From Octopus sinensis (taxonomy: Eukaryota), in NCBI RefSeq assembly GCF_006345805.1, contig NC_043001.1:70990001-71054000 (forward strand): a stretch of 64,000 bases of DNA. Direction: 5' to 3'. This document shows positions 1 through 13,497 of this stretch, piece by piece; positions within the stretch are counted from its first letter, which is position 1; each line of letters begins with the position of its first letter. A program made the translations under genes and the position numbers. The notes beneath the pieces were generated by a model. It was not told the DNA's origin. It saw only the letters and a program-made list of their open reading frames with translations, and did not search any database.

Positions 1-2343
1 AAGGGATCGTAAAAGGAAAGAAAAAGGACAAAAAAAAGGGGAGGGGTTAAAAAAAGGGGGGGGGGAATGAATAATAGGGATCGTTATCACAGAAATGTCA
101 ATATGAAGTGTAAAGGGGAGGACAGGTGAGGTTTACCCGTGGAAAGAAAAGCCTACGGAAAAGACCACGGTAACCTCGGTCAATGAAGTCACATGTTATA
201 TTTCTTTTTTTTTTTTGCAAATAAGCAACTCTCTGTATTAATTTTTTATGGTTCATAGAATCATAGTCAAGGTGGCTTCGTCATTCATACGTGCCATCCT
301 TGCTACATTCACCCATCTTTTTTTAAAACATTCACTAGACAAAACTTGCCTCTCTACTCTTACTTTCCTCTTCAAGTGATACTTGAAGAAGTTGATGAGA
401 GATTGACCAGAGAGGAAAGTGTTTGTCTCTAATCCTTTCAGGCGCGTCCACCAGATACATTCTTTCGCCATAGCCACAAGTATGAAAAAAATAGCTCTTC
501 CTTCCCGTTTGAAGGAAGGAGGCGTGACGATATTAACGATAGACTCGGCTGATAAACCGACACGTCCCACACGTGACAGCAGTCGTTCGACATAAGCCCA
601 CAGGTCGGAAATTGCTGGACACTGCACGATTGCGTGCAGAGCGGTTTCGTCGCTCTGACCGCATCTCGGGCAGGTCGACCCCGTGTTTCTCGAGCCATGC
701 CTATAGAGCTTATCCCGAACGGGTAGCGCTTCTCGGTAGCACCGCCAGGCCAGGGATCTCTGGAAGTTGTCCATAGGTCCCGGGCCGAAAGTCGTTTGAA
801 ACAGGCGGGTCAGGTATTCCTCGTCGACGCCCAGGTTTGCCCCGAGCTCGTCGTCGTACCTCCCCTCCACTAATCCCCTATAGAATGCTTTGGTTGTGTT
901 GAAGTCACTCAAGGTCGACCCGGGACGGCAGAGTTGCTTGAGAGCAACGCGACATTCGCGGTGCCAATCGCCCTTCCTCGGCCTCTTTTTGATCCACGAC
1001 TGTAGTTCGGTCATGGAGACGAGTTGCGGGAATGCGTGCCTCACAAACGGCGACCACACCTGTTCACCGTCGTCTACATAGAGCCGGAGATGTCGCAGTC
1101 TCAGCGCGTGTCTGCGCATCATCAACCACGGCATGCCCAGCCCTCCTTTTAACGGGTGTTGACAGCAAATGGATCGCCTGACCATCGGGACGCATCCTTT
1201 CCACAAGAAGCGGAAGAGGATGCGTTCTAGTTTGGTGATGGTAGGGTCGGGACAAGGTACGACGGTCAGGCGGTAGTAGATGATGGACGCGATGTACGCG
1301 TTCACCACCTCCGCCCGACCTTTTAGGGACAGTTTCCTCTCGGCCCATTGCTGGGCGAGAGTGAGCACCCTACTCGTTATCTCGTTCCAGTTCTTCTCCA
1401 TTTGGAGATCCGGACCGAACCAGACCCCGAGCAACTCAACCGGGCCGTCTGTCCAGCGTCCCACGACGGAGGTACTGGTGGACGACATGGGCTTGCTTCT
1501 CCAGGTGCCGAGCCGCAAGCCCACTGACTTTTCCCGGTTGATTTTTGCTCCTGTCACCGCTTCGTAGTCTTTCAGTGTCTCGCCGACCCGCTCGATGTGC
1601 TCGTGGCTTGACACTATGACGGTGACGTCGTCCGCGTATGCAGACACGCTCGTCCCGCATCCCAATTCTCGCGGGATGCCCCTTAGAGTCGCCAGCTTCC
1701 GCAGTAGTGGCTCAAGAGTCAATACGTATAGAAGCGCCGAGAGGGGGCATCCCTGACGGACCGAACGTGCAATGTCGAAAGGTCTCGATAGATGTCCATT
1801 TACGCGAATTACCGAACGGATGCCTCTGTACAAGGCAGCTATCCATCCGCGGAAGACGGGACCGAAACCAGCCGCTCTCAGGACTGCCTCCAAGTATCGA
1901 TGGTCTACCCTATCAAAGGCTTTCGATTGATCCAAGTTGATCAGGGCCCCACCCATACCAGGTTCGTTAACTACCCTGTCTATGATGTAGCGCATCAGAT
2001 GGAGGTTGTCATGGATGCTCCGGCCCGGCACGGCGCACGTTTGTGCGTTGTCGACCAGTTTCTCGATGACAAGCGCCAACCTCTTGGCTAACACCTTTGT
2101 CAAAATTTTCAGGTCTGCATTGAGCAGCGTGATTGGTCTAAAGTTATCTATAATGTTTCCCTTGTTTGGATCTTTCTTTAGCAGAGTTACAGCTCCTCGA
2201 CTCACAAAACCGGGTATGCTCCCGTTTTGCTGCCAGTTGCAGTATACCGCTGCCAAGACGTCTCCAAACAAGTCTGGCATACAATTGTAAAACTCGTAGA
2301 GTAGACCATCCAAACCCGGTGATTTGTCCCTCGAGCATTCTGC
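1..2343 (-). mobile_element. 5'-truncated Tx1/L1-clade non-LTR retrotransposon (RT, C-terminal zinc finger, 3' UTR running off the window start)
   Basis: Minus-strand frame contains [48 protein letters not shown] and [18 protein letters not shown]; 3' UTR with A-rich and pyrimidine-rich tracts at 1-252. Confidence 0.93.
253..2343 (-). CDS. LINE ORF2 reverse transcriptase plus zf-RVT-like domain, N-terminally truncated (endonuclease missing)
   Basis: Stop-free frame from [10 protein letters not shown] to ATLTMIL*. The N-terminal YI/LSIY part of the ORF-track entry is microsatellite read-through. Confidence 0.88.
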   Translation of the reverse strand, partial: AECSRDKSPGLDGLLYEFYNCMPDLFGDVLAAVYCNWQQNGSIPGFVSRGAVTLLKKDPNKGNIIDNFRPITLLNADLKILTKVLAKRLALVIEKLVDNAQTCAVPGRSIHDNLHLMRYIIDRVVNEPGMGGALINLDQSKAFDRVDHRYLEAVLRAAGFGPVFRGWIAALYRGIRSVIRVNGHLSRPFDIARSVRQGCPLSALLYVLTLEPLLRKLATLRGIPRELGCGTSVSAYADDVTVIVSSHEHIERVGETLKDYEAVTGAKINREKSVGLRLGTWRSKPMSSTSTSVVGRWTDGPVELLGVWFGPDLQMEKNWNEITSRVLTLAQQWAERKLSLKGRAEVVNAYIASIIYYRLTVVPCPDPTITKLERILFRFLWKGCVPMVRRSICCQHPLKGGLGMPWLMMRRHALRLRHLRLYVDDGEQVWSPFVRHAFPQLVSMTELQSWIKKRPRKGDWHRECRVALKQLCRPGSTLSDFNTTKAFYRGLVEGRYDDELGANLGVDEEYLTRLFQTTFGPGPMDNFQRSLAWRCYREALPVRDKLYRHGSRNTGSTCPRCGQSDETALHAIVQCPAISDLWAYVERLLSRVGRVGLSAESIVNIVTPPSFKREGRAIFFILVAMAKECIWWTRLKGLETNTFLSGQSLINFFKYHLKRKVRVERQVLSSECFKKRWVNVARMARMNDEATLTMIL

Positions 2344-2344
2344 T

Positions 2345-2429
<85 letters not shown>

Positions 2430-2528
2430 CATAGATATAGATATATACATATATATATATATATACGAATATATACATATATACATATATATATAGATAT
2501 AGATATATATATATACATATATATATAT

Positions 2529-2599
<71 letters not shown>

Positions 2600-2640
2600 A
2601 TATATATATATGTGTGTATGTGTGTGTGTGTGTGTGTATA
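2344..2640. repeat. Compound microsatellite (ATAG)n-(AT)n-(GT)n
   Basis: Directly visible. Confidence 0.97.
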
Positions 2641-4349
2641 TATGTATGTTGTGTATGTACGTATTTATACACACTCCCATATATATCAGTTACATATATG
2701 CCTTAAATACTGTGAATCCGATATTAATGCTATTGTGGGAGTGTTCATATTTAAAAGGAAAAATTGTACTAATGCATTTACAAAACCGTGTGAACTATAC
2801 ACCCATATTACGTAGCAATATAGAGATAGATATTTAACCACATATTACAAACAGTAGCATAAAAGCTGTGTTTAAACGTTATTCCTAGATATATCGATGC
2901 ATTTTTATGCCTCGCCCTCAGAATGCTTTGAACCAGTAGCAGCCATGATGGAAATATGTCAGCAGCAAATCCATTCCTCAGAAACGGTAAATAAAACATG
3001 TAGTTAATATAAACACTGATACAGATGTGTCTTTGTATGTGCGAAAATGAGGAATTGCATTTGTGTGATTAATCGGAAACATATTTGACTTGAGTGCTGT
3101 GCAAGCTTGCTAACATATAAATTAATATGTAAAAACTTTAAACCATATATTTCCATAAATGTACATGCGTGTATGTGTGTGTATGTTTGTATGTCTAGTT
3201 TAGTGGGAGTGGTTATATTGTGCTGCGCTTGAAAATGTCTTGTCATGTATTCAGCAACATAAACTTCTGAAAAAATAATTTTATTGTAACATTTTTTTCG
3301 GTCACAAATGTGATATTCATAGCAATATGGAGATAATATATTGAAAAATTATTCAGTGGAATGTGGTTCTTGGAAATGTTTACATAGAGTATAATCTTTT
3401 AGCTTTTAATCACATTAACACTCGTTTTTTTTTTAATACCCTGATATATATTTCGAAAGTTTTATGAATGTTTTCTCACAACAGCAAGAACCAGTATTTC
3501 TACTAAAAATATAAAATCAAGGACTTTCTTTTAGTTCATATTTTTTGTGAAAATACAGTTTTAATTCCTTTCTCAGCGAACAAGAAATTTTATTTATTAA
3601 TTTGCTCATATGTAGTATTTAACATGTTGGAAACATGTAGTGAAAATGGTGTGTAAGGCTAGACATTTACTGAAGCAGATGCGGTTGGTTTTGTTTTAGG
3701 TATAAACCCCATTGTATTTGTACTGATTGTAGAAAAGAATTATTAGGAAATTTTAGCTTAAGTGGTACACGTAACAAAACATGTAACAAAGCTAAAGCTA
3801 TCAAATGCGTTAAGGAAATTGTAATATATACATATAATTTTATATAGAGATAGATAAATAAATAGATACATACATGCATACACGCATACATATATGCATA
3901 CATACATAGACAATATATACCGGCAATTATAGATGTGTGTGTGTGTGTCTGTGTGTATACACATATATACATGTGTTGTTGTGTGGTAAGCTTGCTTACA
4001 CACCAGGTGGTTCCAGATCCAATCCCTCTCCGTCGTATCCTGGGCAGTTATGTTCTACTATATCCTCCGGCCGACCAGTCTGAGTAGATGGAAAGTGAAA
4101 GAAGCCCCTCATATTTGTGTGTATGTGTATGTGCGCATGTGGAGGAGTGTGTGTTTGTGTGTGCGTGCGTTTGTATGTGTGAGTATGTGTGTTTGTCTTT
4201 GTGTGAGTGTGTGTGAGTGTGTGCAAGTGTATGTGCTTATGTGTGCGTTTTTGTGTGTATGCATGAGTGTTCGTGTACGTAGGCTTGAATTGCTGCTATC
4301 CTTTATCGTCAGATTGACAATATTTCAGCCTCTGAATTTAAGACGTATA

Positions 4350-4540
4350 TAAAGAACACATAGAGAATTTCTAGAGAAACGGAAAATGCAAATAATCAAC
4401 GAATCCAAAAGCAAACCTAACAATAGAGTGAAATAACAAGCGTAACTCACAATCCAATATAAAGAAACGCATCTAATTATAACAATTCTTGCCTGACGAT
4501 CGTAGGGGCGTGAAATTCTTGTATAAGGTACTTAGGTCAA
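4350..4540 (+). mobile_element. Decayed 3' end of a Penelope-like (Neptune-type) element with hammerhead remnant
   Basis: Frameshifted EK..QII...NNR(S)EITS..H resembles the PLE C-terminal LNKRSE..CRH motif; followed by CTGACGA-T-CG-tagggg-CG-T-GAAA at 4493-4515. Confidence 0.45.
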
Positions 4541-6419
4541 ATAATAAAGTATAGATACGTGTGTGTGTGTGAGTACGCGCCTATTTATGTGTGTGTGTGT
4601 ATGTATGTATATATATATATATACGTACATATACATAAGTAGTATTATACATCAGTACAGTTAGATATACTATTGCTATTGCCGAATTTAGAACTCAAGA
4701 TAGGGTACAACCAGTCTACTTCCAGGAAAACGGTTTACTTACCACTATACTTAGTAGTATTACCGGCTATGACATATATGAACATGGTTGCATTAAATTA
4801 CTGATATAGACGCAGTGTGTATTCTTCATATGAAAGTATAATTTTGCGTTCGCAAATTAAATTAAATTTACTGAGATACGCAAGAAATAATTTCTCTATC
4901 AAGCGTATATGGTCTCGCCTTAGGCTATAAATAAAATATCGACAAGGCAATTTCACTTCAAGTATTCTTAGAGTTTTTGAACTGACTGCTGAACATGCGT
5001 CGGATTTATATTTCTGCAGTGGCAGTAAAATATAGTATAAGTGATTGCTGAAGAAAATATAAGAATGTTGAAATAGTTCAAGCGGTATCGTGTAGTTGGT
5101 TGCACTGTGCTACATACCCAGTAAATTTGCCAAGTGGTGGGTAAAATCTTTGGGCATACTCCATAAGAAACTTCAATTCGGTTATATTTATTCGGGTGGC
5201 ATAAGTGTAGCCCAGCGGATCTAATATACCTTTTTAATAGTTTCACAATGACAATCCTAAAGCTATTTTCAACATGTTGTCTTATAATATTTTACTCGTA
5301 CTTTTTTTTGCGTATAATTTCAAAATTTGACTTTCCTGGTTGGTTTTTGCTGCTGCCTTACCATTTTTTGTTCGAGTTGTAAATGTTTTCCTTCCTTATA
5401 GAATATAAAACGACTTCGTTTTGACTAGAGTGGATAGATTGTTTACGATTATACCTCGATCATATTGATTTAATAGAGCGGCTGCATTGATCTGCTATTA
5501 GGTGGTTCATGTGTAAATACATTGGGGAAGAAAGCTTTTGTAAATATGAGCAAGATTAAAGGTTACATGTTTAAAGATATACAAAAAACTAGTGTTTATT
5601 ATGAAAAAAGAAGTTAGACTATCAACACTTAGCTGATATATATCAGCCATAACAGATGTCTAGGAAGAGAAATAGTTGGGGTCATTCTGCTTTCGTTATT
5701 TTAAGCTATACAGATTTAATGTTCTGACTTCTTGAAATATATACATCCCAGACAATTCCGTATTATTTACATTAGGATATATCCATGATGCAAATATATC
5801 ACAGCATCGCATCAAAAGTTTTTTTTTAGATGCTATAAATAAAGGGATATTCATGTTATTTTCATACAGGTCAAAATGGAAGGGTTCCTTTTGCTTTGTT
5901 CATGTATAAACTAAAGTAATAATGTATAGAGAATATTACAAGGCGTGAGAAATGTCAGGCCCCATCACAGGAGAAATGTTTTATCGAATTCATTCCTATC
6001 TTTACAACAAGATTTTGCTTGTAATACCTCGAACATTTATTTATAGTATAACTTGCGTGGTTGTGAAAGAACCGATATAATTTCCCGATTCAGGGAATCT
6101 ATGACTTAATTCTGATGGAACTAATAAATTTCAATAACATTATGCTATTCACAGAATGTTATCTTCTTGGAATAGGAACCCATTTATTCCCTTTTCTATC
6201 CCTTATGTTTGAAAACACGCGCTCTTCTCTCTCTCTCTCTCTCTTTCTTTCTCACTCTACCTCTTTTTCTCCCTCTCCCTCACTTTCTCTTGCACGATTG
6301 CTCTCTTGGTCTCTCACACTTGGTCTCTCTTCCTTTTGCTCTCTCTATCCCTCTCTCTCTCTCCCTATCTCTTCCACTTTCTCTTACCATCTCCCATTTG
6401 CATAACTATCCATCAATGC

Positions 6420-6600
6420 AGGGTGGTGTTATGGCAGAATCGTTAGCGCATCTGGTAAATAATTGTATTTCTTCCAGCTCATTACGTTCCGAAGTCAATT
6501 TGATTTCTTTTCAGTCGCAATAAAATAAAGTCTGAGAAACTGTAGTGTAGAAATATCGCCTAATCCACTTGTGGCACGATTGCTGGCCTTGTGTTTAAAT
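6420..6600 (+). mobile_element. Degenerate tRNA-derived SINE
   Basis: ggtggtgttatggcagaatcgttagcgca head resembles the SINE head at 51330 (minus strand). Confidence 0.55.
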
Positions 6601-6924
6601 TACAAACAATTATTCTCCCTCTCTTATTTTCCCTTTCATTTTAATGCCACTCATTATTAGTGCTATCCCTCACTCTCTCCCTTATCACTCAGTTTTGACA
6701 TCCAACACTGACTCTATCTCTTCCTCTCCCCCACTCTTTCACTTTCATCACTCTCTCTTTCTTCCATTAATTTCTCACATCATGCTGACGACTGTCTTCT
6801 AGCAATCTTGTTATTTCCCTTCTTTCTTCCTAACCACCATTTCAATAGTGCGGGAGGAAAAGAATAACTAACTATGTGAGTGTGCGTATGCATACATACG
6901 TGTGTATTTTCTATGTATGTCGCT

Positions 6925-7250
6925 TCGTGGCTTAGTGGTTAAGGCATTCGGTTCAGGATCATAAGATCGTAAGTTCAATTTACGGCGCCGTATTGTGTTC
7001 TCGAGCAAGACAGTTTATTTCACGTTCCTCCAGTCCAATCAGCTAGCAAAAATGAGTAGTACCTGAATTTTAAAGGGCCAGTCTTGTCACACTGTGTTTC
7101 ACACTGAATCTCTCTGAGAACTACGTTAAGGTTATACGTGTCTGTAGAGTGCTCAGTCACTTGCACGTTAATTTCAGGAGCAACTTGTTCCGTTGATCGT
7201 ATCAGCTAGAACCCCCGTCGTCGTAATCCACGGAGTCCTCCTCGTGGCCT
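6925..7250 (+). mobile_element. tRNA-derived SINE
   Basis: A-box-like gtggcttagtggtt and B-box-like gttcaatt, then tgtgttctcgagcaagacagtttatttcacg shared with the SINE at 10955-11277. Confidence 0.75.
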
Positions 7251-7449
7251 TAAGGCACTCTTCCATAGCCAGCCCTAAACTTAACTCGTCCTGTCGAAAA
7301 GACGCTTGTCCTGACGTCCTGGTTTTGTTATTATTGTCTTTACGTATTTTGTATTCTAATTCGTGCTATCATTATTGTTTTTACGTATTTTTGTATTTTT
7401 ATTCGTGTAATATCGTCCGTTTTCCGTCCCTGTGTTGTATACTTTCGAG

Positions 7450-10400
7450 ACTTTCATCCAAGGAATCTAATGCGCTTGGCTTAGATTTAGGTGGAATGGG
7501 TCTCAATGATTTAGGTGGAATGGGTCTCAATGGTGCTGAAATCAATCCCCCTCGAAAAATGCTAGGGCAGGTAAGTCCATTTTTCCTGTTTTCATTTCTT
7601 GAAATGGTTACACTTTGTATAGGTTGTGTGAATGTGCATGGCCTGAGTTCAAAGTGGAAGCAAGCTTCTTTTCTCAACCACCTCGGGTCACATAGAATTG
7701 ATATTATGGTTGCTACAGATATCAAGTTGGACAAGCTGCAGGCCTTCTCGACTCTTTTGAATAGCTACGAGAAGGCCATGTCTCCTAGTCGGACAGGAGA
7801 GAAGGGGCGATGTAGTCTTGCTCCGAAAAAGCTTGGCCCTGCAGGCATGTACAATTTTTGTGGACGCAGAAGGCGAGTCAGTCGTTCTGGATCTAATGTT
7901 CAGAGGTAAGGCATTCCGTTTCATTAGTATTTACGCGTCTGGTACAACAGGCAAAGGAAATGATTTCTATCAACGCATAGAGAACTTTCTTGGGACGTCA
8001 AGGACACTAGTTATGCTAGGAGACTTTAACGGTATTCTGGTAGCGTTGGCTCGATTCATAGGAACTGTAACTCACGCCTCGTCGATCTGCTAAAGCGATT
8101 CAGACTGGCAGACCGATACAGACTTGATAATCCGAGCGTTCCAACTGGACTTGGAGTAATAACGACGGATCAATCAGGTCGTATATAGACAGGATAATAG
8201 TTAATTCTGGAGATAAGTCTAGTTTTAGTTGTCCAAAGATCACCTATGTACCCTACACGGATCGCAAATTAGTGACGTGCATATAGATAAGTCCCATAGA
8301 CAGGTGTCTGGCTATTGGAAGTTGAACAAGTCCCTATTGGTTTGCGAAACTTACCGTATCCCCAGATTAATGTGTTAGTAATGAGGGCACTCACTGGCAC
8401 TGCGTTAAATAAACGGTGGTGGTGTGCCATCAAAAGAGCTATTCGACTTGAGACTATTAGATTTAGCAAACATTTAAGTCTAAAACAGTTAAGACTAGAG
8501 TACACAGGCATCTAGTTAAGTCATTAGAAGAGGCGCTGAGATTGGGCTCTGCACCCCAAGTTTTGTCGGCAAGATCGGCCTTGGACCGACACCTCAATGC
8601 TAAATACAAAGGATGCAGGGTTCGGGATAAAGAAGGTGCAATGTGTCCCGAGAGTATCAACATTGCCGGGTGGGCTCTCTCGGTCGAAAACCAACGTGGC
8701 ATAGATGCTACGATTATTCAGAGGTAAACTAACATGCACGGGATCTCCAAGGACAGGAAGAGATTTGTAAAGCCTTTCACGAGCACTTCGCTTTGGGATT
8801 TTCTGGCCGGTGACTTGCGTCTCTCGACACGTAACGCTGAGCACTATGAATGGCCGATTACAGATGCAGAGGCTATAGAGGTGACAAGTCGCCGGGATTG
8901 GATGGTCTACCGTACGAATTTTATAAAAATATGACAGACTTGTTCGGGCACATACTGGCCGGTTTATAGGCGAATTGGCAGCAGAATGGGAGAATTCCAG
9001 AAACTGTGAGCCGGGGAGTAGTGACACTTATCAGGAAGGAAACGAACAAGGAGGATAACATTAATAATTTCAGGCACATAACTCTGCTAAACACAGAGTT
9101 AAAGATTTTGGCCAAGGTGTTAGCCAAGTGAGGCTTGTCGTGTGTGACCTGGTAGGAGAGGCGCAGATATGTGCAATCCTAGAAAGGACGATACATGACA
9201 AACTTCACCTCATTCACCATACCATAGAGCAGGTGGGTAAAGTTCCTGGCAAAGGTGGGGCACTGCTTAATTTAGACCAGTCAAAGGTATTTGATAGGGT
9301 CGGCCATCAGTATCTAGCGGCGGTCCTCCTGGCGGTGGGACTGGGCCCGACTTTCCCTGGATGGATCAATGCTATATATAGCGACATCGAATCAGTTGCA
9401 CGAGTGAACTATTTCTTCTACAAGAAGATCGTTGGCGATCGAGTGTGCAGTTCGCCAAGGTTGCCCCCATCCCCGCTTTCGAGCCACTGCTGCGGAGGTT
9501 GTGGACTATGGGGGGAGACCCGCGTGATCTATGTTACAGTAGAGAAGCGACACCATATGCAGATGATGTCATCATCATCGTGTCTGATGAAGGGCAGCTA
9601 CCTCGTGTAGAAGACGCCATCAAAGGAGGTGAAGCGGTGGCAGGGGCAAAAGTTAACCAGGATAAATCAGTCGGTTTGTAACTCGGTACCTGGAGGGGCA
9701 AGTTGATGCCTCCCAACAGCGTCGTCAGACGATGGACGGAAGGACTGGTTAAACTGCTGGGAGTCTGGTTTGGACGTGGTCTGGAAGGACACTATCCTTG
9801 CTAGAGAGGGTCGGGTTTTTACAGGTGTTCTGCAATTAACTTGACTACGGGATGTAGAGGCATGAATCAATCGAAGACCTAGAACGGGTGAACGGCAGAA
9901 CGAGCGCAGACAAGCACTGACTCTGCTTTCACGGGTGAGTAGTAACGGCAGCGAGACTACCATTGCAGATTTATACAGAGGGTTGGTAGAGCATGAATTC
10001 GACGACATCCTGGGGGGGGGGGCTCTGGGCTTCGATGTGGACCAGCTAGCCAACCTGTTCAGCAGGACATTTGGGCCGAGGTATCTGGATAACTTCCAGA
10101 AGTCCCTGTCTTGTCTGTGCTACCGATCCGCCTTCCTGGTACGAGAGAGGTTGTCAAGACACGGGTTTGACACATCTCCCACATGCCCGAGGGTCGGGCG
10201 CGTCTGTGAAACTGTCGCGCATACCCTTGTACATTATGAGGGATTGAGGAAACTGATAGCCTACGTCGAACAACTGATGTCGGAGGTGGAAAGAGTACGG
10301 CTATCGAATGAGTCCACCATTAAGATCGTAACGCCTTCCTCCTTTATTAAGGAAAGGAAGGCGTCCTTTTTCTGTGTAGCAGTCATACTGAAAGACACAG

Positions 10401-10920
10401 TATGGATGACACGTGGAAGGGGAATTAAGACGAGCCACTTCATTTTTGGACGCGAATCGGTGAATTTTTTCAACTACCACCTGACAAGGAAGATTCGTCG
10501 GGAGGAAAAGTGCTCATCTCAAAGAGTATTCGAGAAAAGATAGATAACTGTTGTAAAAATGTTGAGGTTGAATGGGGCTGTGCTAGTGCAGCCGGTCATG
10601 ACGAAAACAAAAGGAAAATGAAAAACAAAAATACGGTGATTAAAATGAAATTAAAGATAAAAAGAGAAAGCTGGCGGGTTAAATAAAAACCTGAAGACTT
10701 ATAAATTATTATAATCACCTTAACTATTTTTAAAAATTTCATTCGTTTTTCACTTTTTTCGATTTCATAACGTCGATTTCATCAAACCGATTTTAATCAA
10801 ATTTTATCCTGTTTGTAACCCCAGCCTTGTGTTGTGAATGTCCTTGTTCTGTCCTTCTACGTATGCCTCTATAGGCAACGAAAGAAATACGTTCGGCGAA
10901 GGTACGCCGTCTGAACCTGC
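7450..10920 (+). mobile_element. Degenerate Tx1/L1-clade LINE (ORF1 tail, APE endonuclease, RT, zinc finger, 3' UTR)
   Basis: CVNVHGL and LGDFNG (APE); LLNTELKILAKVLA, LDQSKVFDRVGH and PYADDV (RT); CPRVGRVCETVAHTLVH; many frameshifts; homologous to 253-2343. Confidence 0.9.
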
Positions 10921-10954
10921 GATACATCAATATATATATTTTTTTTTTTTTTTG

Positions 10955-11277
10955 ACCCCCTTCGGTCATGAATGACCATGGGATTGCATCTAGAAAGTTA
11001 CCCTCCTAGACACAAGTCCGGGCAAGGTTGTTTTATGGAAGACCAGCAGTCGCCCATGCATACCAGCCACCCCTCTCCACGCCACCAGTGTTATCCAAGG
11101 GAAAGGCAAAGGTCGATACAGCTTGGCACCAGTGACGTCGCAACTCATTTCTACAGCTGAGTGAACTGGAGCAACGTAAAATAAAGTGCCTTGCTCAAGA
11201 ACACAACACGCAGCCCAGTCCGGGATTCGAGCTCACAACCTCACGATCGTAAGCTCGACGCTCTAACCACTGAGCCA
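10955..11277 (-). mobile_element. tRNA-derived SINE, near full length
   Basis: Minus-strand head ggctcagtggttagagcgtcgagc...gagctcgaatcccgg with A/B boxes; A-run at its 3' end; (AG)n upstream. Confidence 0.85.
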
Positions 11278-11319
11278 GAGAGAGAGAGAGAGAGAGAGAT
11301 TATAGTAGATTCCATTTTA

Positions 11320-11570
11320 ATGGGCAAATCATGATCCTTCATGAAGAACATCATCACTGGTGATGAGATATGGACATATGGTCTCTACTCGATGTGTCTA
11401 GTCATCTTGCATGAAAACGAAAATCTGACGAGCGCGCGCTACATGTCTCTATTTTTGGCATAACATGCGGAAAGCGACGCCGCTTGCCAGCGCAAAAATT
11501 TTCAAGCATCTGTTGGAGGGCGGTGTCATCTCCTACCCAAGGTTTTGTATCATCGCGGTTTTTTGTTTGG
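11320..11570 (+). pseudogene. Short mariner transposase remnant
   Basis: Translates to PSFMKNIITGDEIWTYG (first catalytic Asp motif). Confidence 0.6.
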
Positions 11571-13189
11571 GTTTTTTTATGCGATGAAATGTAAAGTCTG
11601 ATGCTTTTTGAACTAACTCAAAATATGAATATTGATTTACAGAATGAAAATGTTTGAAGTTTAAAATATATATTAAATTACACCAATGACATCGTCTTTT
11701 ATTATCATTATTATTATAAATTTATTTCTCTGGTGACCCATCTATAATTGCCGACCTTTGGCGCTGTATGGATCCTTAATTCTAAGAAGTAAAAGTTTAG
11801 ATTTTACTTATTACGTCTTCACGTAAAGTATTCATCAATAAATGACATATTTTTATTAATTGTCTCTGCTTCATCTGACGTTAATTTGTCAAAACATTAT
11901 TTCTTATCGGCGATTAATTCACATTATCATTTCTATTAGTAATATATGCTATAAGTACTTTCCAGTGAAATAGACGCAATAACAACTATTATCAAGAAAT
12001 GTCAAAATAAATATAAAAAATAATCAGCAAATAACTAACGAAATAACTTGGGCGAAAATAACGTCTTAAAATGTCCAAACTTTTAATTCTTTATATATTT
12101 TTCGATCGATTATGTACTTTGTGGATTTAGAAACTTGAGTTGTGCAAAAATTATTGTGTCGAATACTTATCTAAAATTGAGGATTTTGTTTTATTTATTT
12201 TGTTAGTTATTGTTTGTGAATCTGAAAGTATTTATCTATGTTATTTTCGTAAATTGATTATGCTTTTCAAGAAGACAGTGTTATGATTCGTTCACAGAGA
12301 TATACGACGTCTAGAATTAATAACTGTCAGTTAAAGAGAACTACATGATGTAATACGAATATAAATAAAGGTGAAAGAGAGATATAACTTTTGAATTATG
12401 ATAGTAGTAGCACGGTTTAACTTTATAATCCTTCAGTTAACCTAACTGCAACAGACAGTTCTTATTGCTATAGAATGTTTCTACCGAAACTTGTTGAAGG
12501 ATGTAATATTTATATTGGTCCAGACCACAAATAGAGCAAAACATAAAAATAGTGAAGCAACTGATAAATTAATGACAATGAATATTGCACTGAAGATTCA
12601 ATGAAACAGAAAAAAGTTATTTATTATAATATCGATAAATTTATACTCATAACTCTGTCGATATGATATATTGAAAAAAATGTATTATGAAGATATTTCT
12701 CTGAATATAAATACCAATGATGTATTCTGTTATATCTGACGTTTAAAATGCATCCAGACATTTTCCATTGCTATAAACATCTTAAATCGACATTTCTTCG
12801 TTGCTTTCAATTTGTTTTATTTACCCCAAACATATCAAAAGAAATAAACAATATTTTTTTTATGAATTCCTAATGTAGCTTTAAATCTCGCTAATTGACT
12901 GCAACTGAGACACGTAACTGATAATAGGAGGAAATTAGTTTTCATCAACATATACAAATTAGAAATCGATTTGGAATACTTTAATCACACTTTGTATAAT
13001 AACATAAAATGAACCAATTTAAATAAACTATTTCTAATTACTAGTTTCGTTAAATGTTTTAAAACAAATCATATATATATATTCATTTCTCAGTTGCACA
13101 TATTAACACTGACCACTTCCCAGCCCCACACCATCATCCACAGACCTACACATGCACACACACGTCAAGGTCACCAGCCCTCTTCTACA

Positions 13190-13495
13190 CACACATGCAT
13201 GGTCTCTTATGCACACGCACGTGCACCTTCGTTTTGGGATCAGAACTACTTTATTATCTCCTCTTCTTACTAGCTCTCCTGTGTGACCCTCTGTCCGGCA
13301 TTCGCCATGATAGATCGCTAGCCACTACACATTCTTTATTTTCTCTCACTGTTTCTTTCTGTGTTCCTTTCTGTGGAAGAGTATAGGCTCGAAACGTTAA
13401 GAATTTTTCACTTCCCGATCGTTAAACTAATACATCTGTTTGTTGTTTGCACCACCTGTCTTCGTCTTTTGTTTTTATTGTTAATTCTCCCTATA
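13190..13495 (+). mobile_element. Short interspersed repeat, probably PLE terminal-repeat derived, with decayed hammerhead
   Basis: ctgtggaa-gag-tatagg-ctc-gaaacgtt at 13371-13398; the aaactaatacatctgtttgttg segment recurs at ~58002 and ~61986. Confidence 0.5.
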
Positions 13496-13497
13496 TA

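Noticed and set aside
2344-2672. ORFs rich in YI, LSIY, CV or HT throughout the window
   Set aside because: Translations of (AT)n, (GATA)n, (GT)n and (ATAC)n microsatellites.
4968-5400. Possible Neptune-like RT remnant (NRIEVSYGVCPK)
   Set aside because: Similarity too weak to support a call.
11200-11277. tRNA gene
   Set aside because: The A/B boxes run directly into a SINE body. This is a tRNA-derived SINE head, as at 6925 and 51330.
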